Of a stretch of 64,000 bases of DNA, positions 33,859 to 45,420 are shown piece by piece. The notes below the pieces were generated by a model. That model was not told where the DNA came from. It searched no databases and worked only from the letters and a program-made list of their open reading frames with translations. Every line of letters starts with the position of its first letter. The first letter of the stretch is position 1. Made by a program: the position numbers and the translations under genes. Origin of the DNA: Torpedo marmorata (taxonomy: Eukaryota); the NCBI GenBank assembly GCA_977017645.1, contig OZ360222.1:61256001-61320000 (forward strand), in the 5' to 3' direction.

Positions 33859-34908
33859 CCCAATGTGTTTGTAGATCTATGGCGAATGATGGGTCTACTG
33901 GTAGCCACGTGATTTAGGATACCGTCAACTCTCTGTACAGGTAAAATATTACTTTTACATAGTTTCAAGTCCGAGTCTAACTGGCAAAGAGTTTCAAGAA
34001 ATTAGAAAAATAAGATTATTAATTGGACTTCTTTTGTGTAAAGAGTGAGGACGAGAAGTGGGATAAAAAAATAATTGACCCTTTCATCCACTAATCATAA
34101 CAAGCACATCTTCGCACTTCACATGAACAGTCTGAAAGTTCAAACCTGCAGCAATATCACACTGAACACATTCGACTGAGACTCGGCACCAGCTTTGTAT
34201 TTAACACTGATCATACTGATGCAACAACATTTCATTATAAAGCAATATACGGCAAATCTGTGCAACTTGCTGATCGTAAGCCACTGTATTTTCACGTACG
34301 TTGAGTATGATTTGTGATGAAATGGGAAATGAAAGAAGAAGAAATTATTTTCCTGGCATTATCGTGCCCTACTGATCATACGGATGAATGCTAAACATGG
34401 CTTCCCTGTGACCTATAGCGTTTTTACCTGATATATGAAGCGTTGTTCTTCTGTCTGCTGATAGGTCGTGGACATTGAAATAACTAAAACAAGTTTTAAT
34501 CGCGCTGAATCCTTGATGAATGACCACTTGCACACTCGAATATTAGATCGCAAAGTGAAGTCACCCCTATTCCAAAAGTTATCCGGTCAAGATACACAAT
34601 CTTCCCCACCCCCCACCCCTTGAAATTATCCATCATTGCTTGATTTCATCAAATGTATACTCTAACTACAGTGCAAATACTGTAATTAAAAGCAACGGTT
34701 TATTCAACTGAGTATCGGGTCCATATATTATTATGATTAGTCATTACAACAGTCTATATGGTATATATGGTTAAATCAGTCAGCAGTGAGAAAATAGTTT
34801 GCCTCCTCGTGTAACTGATTAAGTAATCGTTGGACAAATCAACAGTCCTTCAAATCTTTCAACATGTCGCTATATAAGAGTACTAATTTACACAAGAATG
34901 CAATGGGA

Positions 34909-35289
34909 TTCTTGCATACCACTGGAAAAATTGCTTAAAATTTACGTAATAAATATCATTTCTTTTTGAAGTTATGGAGTCCATATATAAAAACTGCAGG
35001 TTTAAAGATTTGAAGATCTCTTGATATCGGATCTGACTGGCGAACCTGTGTTCCACAATAAAATTAATGTATAGTTGTTTTTTTCTTTTACATTGACATT
35101 CTCCACATTCTATTCTTTTTTTTTCTCTTTCTCTTTATTTTATTAGAATAGTAGAGGTGGGTGGGTTAGGGAGGGGGAGGGGAGGGAGGGCATGGTGACA
35201 ATATATCACATGTATTTTGATAATTTTGGAGTTTGTAAACATGTACTATCGTGTGATTAAAAATTTTAAATAAAATATTTAATAAAAAA
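34909..35289 (+). mobile_element. 5'-truncated L1 (ORF2 C-terminus, 3' UTR, A-tail) with a 15-bp TSD
   Basis: AAGAATGCAATGGGA at 34894-34908 and 35290-35304. Translates SCIPLEKIA*NLRNKYHFFLKLWSPY, followed by a T-rich tract, a G-rich tract and AATAAA/A-tail. Confidence 0.85.
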
Positions 35290-38200
35290 AAGAATGCAAT
35301 GGGAATCGACAAAGAATTGTTATGAGAATACTGCTGCTGTAGAAAGTGGAATATAATTAGTTCAATGCTTGTCATAATTCGTCATGCAAATACTTGGCAC
35401 CATTGTAAACAAAACACGTGGTTTCAACTATCCATTGTTTAGATTTTAAAACTGTTAAATTGATAGAAAAAGCAATGAGAGGGTAGGTTACCATTTCTCA
35501 ATTTTTGTCACTACTTTTGTAGAACGTTTCTCTTTTCTAATTTCATACAGGTAGTAAGTTCAGTGGATCGTGCTTAATACCGGTGCTTAGGCGAAGATTA
35601 ATCATGGGGATAGATTCCCGAAGCTGATTTAACTCATGTGTGCTTCATTTGGATTTTATATCAAAGCGGGTATTCATTCAACACGTTTTTCTGCCTCAGA
35701 ATTCGTCCTCTCCGCCTTTTGAATGAAATCCAGCCCGTGCAATGGAAAACAATTTGAAAAGATCATGATGTTATTATTATTTTAATTCTATGCTGTCACA
35801 CAGACTTTTGATTCCTAACTGGCACCTGTAACTAAACAATAGTTGTAACCATAACAATAACGTATTATTCCTTCGATCTGTTCATATTCAAACAGTAACA
35901 GTTCACCACTTCAGTTTTATTCAAAAGTCCTCCCCTTCCACACACAGGGCAGATGAGAGCATTGGCGCACCACAGTTCCGAGGTTTGCGAGAAAACTTTG
36001 TCAAAAGGAGCATGCGGGACTTTAATCTCAGTGTTGTTAAGCACGCTGTTTCCTTTATAGTCGGAAATATACAGGGTTGGTAATAATTTTGAAGAATTTG
36101 ATAAAGCAAACGTAAATTATCGCAAGGCCGATTAATATCTGTGGTAAGAAATTGTAATGTGATTAGCCATACATTTAAATATTTAGTAATTTCTTCACGA
36201 AAACGTCCTGTAAGGTTCTTACCCTTCCATGTGGAGTGGATATGCCAATTATTGGTTAAATAAAGTATATTATGCTCCTTCAGCGGAAACATACGCTTTA
36301 ACTTTGAGTATATTACTACATTGGCAAATAGATTTTTTGGAGAAGTATATTGCCCCAAAACTCCGAAGACGGAGATCCTGCTTTCTCATTCATGTATTAG
36401 TATTAATATTATTATTTAGTGAAGTGGCACGATAATCCTCTAGCGTTAAAACCTTGCGCTTGACTGACTCATCTGTTGAGTGCAATGCAGGCGATGGAAA
36501 TCAATGTATCTGCTGCAGGCTAGGCTAATGGATTAGAATTAGTCTATAGTGTCGAGTGTTCGATAGCATGGGGGATGGTGATTCCTTTGCCAGGATTGTG
36601 TAGCCCCCGTTTATCTATAACAAGCTGTCCGTAATCCAAATAAAGTAATCATCACCAGCGTGTAAAGTTCCGGCAGCATTATTTCCTTACAGTAAGGAGG
36701 TAGTTCTCACGCGCACAACTTAATGAAGACGCTCAGCTAATGAAACGGGAACGGATTTGGCAAATTGTTCTTTCATCATCTGTCAGAGGCTTTTTGGAAT
36801 AAAACAACATTAAAAGGAACCTTTTATCCTCGTTTCGATCTCCCTCGGGGAGCACTATACATTTGTTTCGAATAATTTACTTTAAGATTTCAAAAGACTA
36901 ATTGATTTTTAAGTGCTAACTCAGTGGGGGGAAAGCACAATGCCATACGCCAAAAGCAAGCAATTGGCAATCGAAAGGTTGCCTGAATTTCATAGCAATC
37001 GAGCATTTTTATTCGGGAGAACTCAAGATGGGCATCTGCTTTGGGCCGCTCGAGGGACCGATTATGTAGAAGCAGTTAAGTCAACTTTTTTTGACTAAAG
37101 CAGATTGAAATGTCAAGCCGACTGACCAATGAGCCATGATAGCACCATATGATATTATATTGTGTTGAACTGGATTCAGTGCTTTTATTCATGTAACTAA
37201 TTCGTTTTGACACATACACACATAACCCAGTAGCAGGAAGCCCGGCCTTCACCCTTCACCCTCGTCTCCTCCCAGCAACCTCACCACCATCCCCATTCCC
37301 ACCCCCACCATCCATCACCACAAAAACGCGGCTACATTTCCTGGGCTTGGACTCACAGCTTTGTTCAATTCATTAGAAGTAACGAGTTGACATAAGTAAA
37401 TCTACGGTAAGGCGCCTTTATTTCTTGTCTATAGGCGGCCTCATTAAATATCGCTAACAAGGCGTGCAAATCTCCTGACTGGACAGATTTCGTGTAACGC
37501 TCTGCCCCTTGCAGGATATACATTTAACGAAGGCCACAGGAAAAGTGACAGGCAAGAATTTGCAAATTCCCAAAGAGTGAAAGTTTTTCAACCATATCAT
37601 TTGATACCTGTTCCCACTCTCGCCACAAACTGCGCATTCACTTCTGCCAAACAGAGGTTGATTGTAAACACGATTGTAAAAGCAAACTGCTCCTTCCAAT
37701 CTATCAGAATCTCATTGTCTTAAATGATATTAACATGTTCAAATCCACAGCGCAGGTGACTTAGTAATCAGTGTTCCTTTCAAATACAAATTTAAAGATA
37801 AAGCATTCCTTCCCAAATCGTTTGATTATTTAAATTATCGCAATTCTAATTACAACACTAAAAAGATTGGTGATTTTTAAAAAATCAGCATCGGTCTTCG
37901 GCTGCTACTCCACATAGACTTCGATTTAAAAAGTCGCAGCTGTGTTTTTAAATCCCTCCGTGAGCTCCTCGAGGCTTACCCCTGTCATCTTGACTGCAGG
38001 ACTCGAAATGTCTGCCTTTCTACATTAAGCATTCCCGATTTTAATCGCCGCATCACTGGAATTTGTGACTTCCACTTCTGGGACTTAAGCCTCAGAATCG
38101 CTCTGCCTCCAGAAAAATAAACTTCTGCAACCCCTTACCTCCTCTGAAGGGCTCCTTGAACAAGCTTTGGGTCATTCGCCCTAATATCTCTTTATGTGTC

Positions 38201-41200
38201 CCGAGGTTAAGTTTTGCTGGTTACATTGTGTCACATTTAAGGAGGTATATATTTAAAAAGTTGATTCGGTGATTGTTCTTGATAACCGGCTTTGCATCGC
38301 GCTGCAACTATAGGGTTAAAATTTAAACGCTCACTGTTCAGTCGAGATCCGTGAGCGCGACTTTAAATTGAAACTTATTCCGCTCAGGTCCCCAACGTAA
38401 GGCTGTTTATCGGTTAAATCTCACTGTAGTCGCAATAATACCGGCAAAGAATTGTCTGAGAAGGGAGAAAGTTGTATATTTCTTAATAAATTGCTGAATG
38501 TTACGAAGGCGTCAATTGACATCCAATAGGTTACCTTAACCTATTGGTTTTACTTTTACTTACTCCGTGTATTACAAGGGCCGGAAAAGCAACCTTATTG
38601 AATATATGTAATTGGATTGCACACTTGCAAGTTATGCAAAATTAAAATGAAACATTGTGTCTTTAAACATCCAATTAACATAATATTTAATAGAATAAAT
38701 TAATCAATGTAACCTATGCTTTTGGCTTTAATGCTTTCCTACATTGTATTTCAGGCGTACTGAAGTTTGTTTTTAGAATGATTTAGATTTTCAATTAATA
38801 TTTAGATGTTTATTTTAACATACTTTTAATTGCCTTTCATTGAGTTGTCGCCGCATGCATTTAAATGATTTAAAGTGCAAACGCTACCCTGCTTCATCCG
38901 CGATAAAACCAAATGAAAGGCAGTCGCTGCAGCTTCACATGTAAACGCACTCCAAAAACTGCTTGTTAGCGAATAGAAATCATACAGTTAATTTAAATAT
39001 TTAATCCACGATCTGGTGCGGTCATATCAGGAAAATACAATTAAGAGTGCATGCAAAACTAAAAATGAATCATATAAGTAATATGTTTCTGCGCTGAGGA
39101 TTACGGGCATACTGTCCAGGCAATAGATGAATCTGAACTGTTTGTGCCCCGTCTTGGTATTAAAAATAGTGACGAGGATACAGGCCCAGAGGAGATCATA
39201 TTTAACCAGCTACCTTAAAGAGACAAGGTCAATACAAGAGGAAAGAATAAAGGAAACAATAGTGGAGTATACGAAACAAATCACAAATTTAACAAGCAAC
39301 ACAAAACAAAGCAGAACAAACGCCAAATTAATGGGTCTAATTGAATTTGAGACAGCAGTACCGATAACAGTGTCATGACAACACCAAAATATTAAATAAT
39401 GAATGAGTCAATTCCACATCATGAAAAAGGTAACGTGTATCAATGCAATGCGACGTACATTGTTTTGATAAAAAGAAAACACAATGGAAAGTTCAACCTT
39501 TATCATTATGTTATTATTAACCGACACACATGGTATTCCAACAGACAGAATTAATTATTTTCATAATATTGTTATTAAATACATATGATTTCAGCATTAT
39601 TTTGAAGTACCCACACTTCCGCTCCTTCAGCTGTGCAAACCTTTCTGGTTGATCAAGTCCCACCGGACTTTTAATGTTCCATGTTAACCAGGTTTTAATA
39701 GTTTGCAAACACTGGCAATTAAACTTCAATCCTGTGCTGCACTCTTCTATGTTATGAAAAGTGCAAAGCGGTCGGACCCAGTGAAGGCTACATGAACTTA
39801 AAACGATTCTAATGAAACAGAAACTTGCAGGAAATTAACGAAAAACCTCTCCGAGGAAAGAGTCCTGGAATTATTCAACCTCTGCTCTGTCACATTGTCA
39901 ATTTCCCCAATTTCTTAATATCTGTGAAACTTTAATGTTTCTTTCCATGGGGGGGGGGGGGGGTGGTACAGTTATTTTGAGCCGGACAGAATTCCGAGCT
40001 TTGAATGAAGCCGTTTCATTGACGGTCGCTGCTACAAACAGAAGCGGCCAGCTGCCGTCATTAAAAAGCCATTTACACCCAGTACTCTTCGCACAAAGAT
40101 TGGGTGAATAATTATGTGCTTGTAGCTTTATGAATGTGTCTCGAATAGGCTCCGACGACCGAGTAGTGCTCTGCTTTTATTCTTAACACCTGCAAATGTA
40201 TACACTTATACAGAGAAAACAATATATAGAGAAAAAACTATACAATTTCACTTTTCGACATCCTTGCATAGAATAGAAAATAAATGTTGATACCACCTAC
40301 CAGTTAAAATTATTTATGTTGAGATGCGTTGCTGGTTGTTCGCAAGCCTGTGCGACGCAATGTACAACGAAACCTTTGCCTTTTTAAGACGCTCTCCTGC
40401 AGCGAGCGGAAAACGGAGGCTCCCATGTGCCTGAAACCAACAAATAAATAAATAAAAACGGATTACTACGCACCTCACAGGGTTAATCTACAGGAACAAT
40501 AATTCAACTTTTAAAGAAACATTTCGCCAAACATTCTTTCCCCACCCTTTGTTTTGTGAAGCAATGAACGAAAATTAAAGTGATTATACAAGTAGAGATT
40601 ATGCTGCTAGGAGCTTCCTATCCTCTTGTTTTGTCCCTGAATGAAACAATTTAGAGTATTTAAATGGGCGTTGATGATACTTTTTAATAGAAATCTACAG
40701 CGAATGTGTTATACAGCATCGCAGTTTCCAGTTGAACAACCTTCCCAAGTGGATCTATTCATGTGCCATTTGGAATTACTTCATGCGGAGTAGGCTATGA
40801 TAGGAGCGCAAACATTTTGCAGTCCACTACAGAACCCATACCACCCATTAACGTTATTATCTTTGTGCAAGACAGATACGCTCTCTTCCCGTTTTTTAAA
40901 AATTTGCAATATCTTTTTACATGTGAGTTTGGAAAGCAGATTGGACCATTGCCGTACACCTCTCATTTCCTCCGATCTGCATTGGAATGTGGAAGAGAAC
41001 TAAAAAAAGTTTTGAATTCCTCAATGATTTTTCCCCCGTAGAAAGGCGGCTTAGGATAATTATTTCAGCTTTATTGAAAGCAGATTAGTTGAAGTCTGGA
41101 TGCTGCGTTTCAATACGCGTTGTACAATCCGGTACAATGTCCGTATTGTTCGCTACTGTGTGTGAACCCATTCAAAATATACACTTTTTAACACCAAGCA

Positions 41201-42110
41201 AAGTCCTGTCTAAATATACACAGTAAGGCTGGAAAGACATCCATGACCCGTACAAATCTTTGTAAATCACACTTCCATAGTTACAGAAGCCAAACAAAAG
41301 AGCCAACAGCTCAAGATGCCGATTAAACCCTTCTTAAAAGGCAAACATACCTAATCACAAAATATAGTTACACGGCACCGATTACTAATAGAAAGCCTGG
41401 CGCTGGTACCAATCGAATAATAACATTAAAATATAAAACATGAATTCAGCAACTTCAAGCCAATGATTTAAAATGAAATATTTTTTTATGATACAGCGTG
41501 TAACATCTACCTGCGGACTATCCACATTCGTTCCTTAGATTCCCACATAGCCCTATCTGCGCGAAGTCCTTAACCCAAGCTTCAATGATCCACACTCAAT
41601 GCCATAACAATGTACAGTATCATTACTGCAGGATCCAGGAAAACCGGCTTCGGGTTGGCAGTTACGCTATTAATTAAGAGGAGTTACGAGCACGAAGAAA
41701 GCGCGGTACTAAAGGCAGATTAAACATTCCCCTTCTAGATATATAGCCATGACATAAAGATGGGTCTAATGATCTCATTTTTCCTTTATTCTCCAGTACT
41801 ATTAATGCTCATACCAGCAGAATAAAATGAAACTACGTGCAAATCATGTGTAAACTGTCTCAGTTAGGAACCCTCGATTCCAACGAGGATTACAGGCTCT
41901 CCCATTTACTTTCCCCCCTATCTTCTAGACTTAACGAGAATCGTTAAGATAACTGTATATTTTCGCCCTCTAATTACTCATCCCATTCAGCAAATATGTG
42001 CGCCGAGGCTTTCGCATCTGAATTTTTCGAGAGGTAGGTGGGCGATATTGAGATTTATTTCAGATAACCCCCACGCAGGCCCAAAGTGGTGAATGCCTAT
42101 ACGTTCTGCC

Positions 42111-42190
42111 GGTTGATTGGCACACTTGACAGTGATTGACAGCAGCACTATGGCAACGGTACAACGACACCGCCAAGACCAATAGAAAAA
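42111..42190 (+). promoter_or_regulatory. Six3 proximal promoter
   Basis: ATTGG 42116-42120, TGACAG 42127-42132, TGATTGACAG (Pbx/Meis) 42133-42142, CTATGGCAAC (RFX half X-box) 42148-42157 and CCAAT 42179-42183, about 130-200 bp upstream of the ATG. Confidence 0.75.
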
Positions 42191-42315
42191 GCGGAAAAAA
42201 AAATCGGCGCTCCACACAGTATTTTGGGGATATAATATGAGGGAGTGTGACATTAGTCGATTTCGTTGCATCTGACACGTTTTTGTGTTTTAAAAAAAAA
42301 TCATCAGGTCAGTCC

Positions 42316-42998
42316 ATGGTGTTCAGGTCCCAGCTAGAGCTTTACAGTGCTCTTCCTCTCCTGCCAAACTCAAGCGAGCGCGCTTTCCTCTTCCTAGCTA
42401 GCTCCCAGTCACAAGAAGAGTTGTCAATGTTCCAGCTACCGACCATCAATTTCACTCCGGAGCAAGTGGCCAGCGTTTGTGAGACGCTGGAGGAGACGGG
42501 CGACATCGAGAGATTGGGACGTTTTCTCTGGTCTTTACCTGTGGCGCCGGGGGCATGCGAGGCGATCAACAAACACGAATCGATCCTCAGAGCCCGGGCG
42601 GTAGTAGCCTTCCACACGGGCAACTTCCGAGACTTGTACCATATCCTGGAGAACCACAAGTTCACCAAGGAATCCCACGGCAAGCTGCAGGCGATGTGGC
42701 TCGAAGCGCACTACCAGGAGGCCGAGAAGTTGCGGGGTCGCCCTCTGGGGCCAGTCGATAAATACCGCGTCCGCAAGAAGTTCCCCTTGCCCCGAACCAT
42801 CTGGGATGGCGAGCAAAAAACGCACTGTTTCAAAGAGAGGACACGCAGCTTGTTACGAGAGTGGTACTTGCAGGACCCATACCCAAACCCTTCCAAAAAA
42901 AGGGAACTGGCCCAGGCAACCGGCCTCACCCCGACGCAAGTGGGGAACTGGTTTAAAAACCGTAGGCAGAGAGACAGAGCAGCCGCCGCCAAAAACAG
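42316..42998 (+). CDS. six3: Homeobox protein Six3, exon 1 (SIX domain plus K50 homeodomain)
   Basis: MVFRS N-terminal extension, [31 protein letters not shown] tetrapeptide, [35 protein letters not shown]. Phase-2 donor AG|GTTCGT at 42998/42999. Confidence 0.97.
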
Positions 42999-44649
42999 GT
43001 TCGTGGTTCCATTCGAAGTTACTCCTCTCCAGCGCGTCAAATTAACATTTTAAATAATGTTGCAGGGACCCAGCAGGTCAACAGTAAGCCACGGTAAATA
43101 ACGTCAAAAGACAACCCTTATTTTTAAAGTGCCAGCGAGTTTGCAACTTTATTCAGAAAATAACGTAGGGTCACTTTGGGTAACGGCCGAAGCAAAATGG
43201 AATCACAAGCTAAACTTTGTAAGCAGTTCGGTCAATAAAGAAACTTACAAATTGATTTAGGAAGAAGTTGATGGATGTTTTGGGAGCAATAATTTATTAG
43301 CATTTGTAAAACAGGCATACAATAGCGACACTGCTACCTCGGGTTTGACAACAAAAATATACCAGCAAAAGCCAAATGCGATTTTATGAAAATAAAAACA
43401 TTGAAAGTTTTAGTTTAAAATTGTGCTTATTTGGGTCAGGACTGTTGCATAAGACGTTCGCAATTCGTCTGAAAATTCACTGCAAACATTTAAAAGACAT
43501 ACCTATGTCGCTGTAGTAAAATATAGCACAAACATTTTGGAGTGAACCCAATTAAAATAAATTAGATTCTTCTGAATCAGAGACACGCCATAAGCCACGA
43601 CTGATAGCAATGGACAAGAAATAGCCCTCCATCCTCTTGGTTTTGTGCAAAAACTGAATTTAGAGCAAGGAAAGATTGAACTATATGACAATGTGGATTT
43701 GTAGCTTCCGGGAAAACGCGATACTTTCAAACTTAAGTGAACGGATATCTAAACCAACGATTGTTTTTTTTAAGAAACAAAGATAGACATAATTGAAATG
43801 AGATAAAATAAAAGGGAAACAGACGCTGAAAACTAAAAACGCAATGCACATTGTAGCATGAAAAGCGAAATCGCTCCAATATGTTGTCATCGGTGTGCAG
43901 CAGAACCGGCTCCCGCGTTTGGATAATTTGGCAGAAATAGACCAGTGACAGGGAATTACTACCTCCTACCTTTTAACAGTTATTGGGAAATCATCTCAAT
44001 ATTATAAAAATATATTTTTTCAGCACAGCAAATAATATGTATTTGGCGGTCATTCAAATTACTATTGTACATTATTTGCTTTGATGACTATTACAACACT
44101 TTTATCCAAAATAACCTTTAATGTCCTTCTAAGCACTGCCAATTGACATGAGAAATATTAATTACTAAAAGGGTGCATCTTATACACCGGATTTATGCAT
44201 ATGTGGAAACATGTGCCTTTGGATAATGAAAACAAATAAGACCACTTTAAAATTTAGCTTCCGAGATTTAGTTTCCTATGTAGCGTGGCCATGAAACCAA
44301 CGATAGCTTCTGAAACATTATGGGGTGCAATTGTTTACAGAATAATGTGTTTCGTTTGGGAACATCATGTTAGCTGAAACTGGCAAGGAAATTGTAAGAT
44401 AATAATTTAATGATCGCATATGTAAGTTTCTATCAACTTCTAAATAAGATTTTAGTCCAACGTATTTTCGAACAAACATATTCTGTAAAATGCCCACTCA
44501 ATTTAATTTGAAAACGCGGGACTGTACAGCAGCGCCCGATTTTGTAAATAATTAAATCCCTTGGATTTCTTGTCGCGTATAGGTGAAATTGCCTAATTGT
44601 GTTATTTGTCTTTCTCCTACTCTCCTACTTTGTTGTTTGTCTCGGATAG
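42999..44649 (+). other. Six3 intron (1651 bp, GT-AG, phase 2)
   Basis: GT at 42999, a pyrimidine-rich tract at about 44605-44643, and AG at 44648-44649. Splicing restores KNR-LQHQ. Confidence 0.93.
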
Positions 44650-44842
44650 GCTGCAGCATCAGGCAGTAGGACAGAGTGGGGTTTGTACTCTATCGGAGCC
44701 GGGCTGCACTGCTCACAGCACGGCGGAATCTCCATCCACAGCCGCCAGCCCCACCACCAGCGTCTCGAGCATGACAGAGCGAGCCGAGACGGCCACATCT
44801 ATCCTATCGGTAACCTCCAGTGACAGTGAATGTGATGTATGA
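44650..44842 (+). CDS. six3: Homeobox protein Six3, exon 2
   Basis: (R)[39 protein letters not shown], the Six3-type C-terminus. Total CDS 876 nt, 291 aa. Confidence 0.97.
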
Positions 44843-45420
44843 TACAAAAAAAGACAACTCGTAATACATTCACAAAGGAATTATGGACCTGAGATGTAAG
44901 AAAAAAAATTAAAAAGACATTTAATGACCATTTTTAAAACACAGAAAAAAAATACATTCGAGAGGAAAAAAAAAGTGACAAACAGTTCTTGGACCAGCAC
45001 GTCTGATCCAGCGCTTTCCATGGAGGCAAACGTCTTGCATGATGTATTTTATATCTGAGGAAATAATAATCTACATTAATATTTTTTACAAGGAACTGCA
45101 ATGAAGAGCGAATGAGAGAATTTTCGTCGCCTTTGTTGCTCTCTATAGTCCGAGTGCTGGTCAGACTCAGACCCCGAAGCCAAGCTGCAATCGTTTTTCT
45201 GTTCCGCAGACAATCATTTTTCGTAAGCACCTTTTTCTACACTTCTGTTACTGCGTATGTGGGTACTGGTTATGTGAAAGAATAGTTATGACTGTAACAG
45301 ATTTTTATTTTTATTTCAAAATTTTATATGAATTATGTATATCTAATGACGCGATCATTCTCCCTGTTTGTAATATATGTGTAGAAATGCCTGTATATGA
45401 AATGCTTTTGTTTCTTCTTC
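44843..45420 (+). other. Probable Six3 3' UTR
   Basis: Follows the stop codon. The U-rich block at 45200-45410 resembles, from memory, the conserved vertebrate SIX3 3' UTR. The 3' end is uncertain. Confidence 0.6.

Noticed and set aside
42247-42315. Upstream extension of the Six3 ORF in the ORF track
   Set aside because: It starts at a GTG and has no Six3 similarity. The conserved start is the ATG at 42316.
42999-43053. Read-through C-terminus [17 protein letters not shown]
   Set aside because: Intronic. The conserved donor and exon 2 restore the canonical C-terminus.
42316-44842. Identification as Six6 or Six7
   Set aside because: The MVFRS extension, [20 protein letters not shown] and [14 protein letters not shown] are Six3-type.
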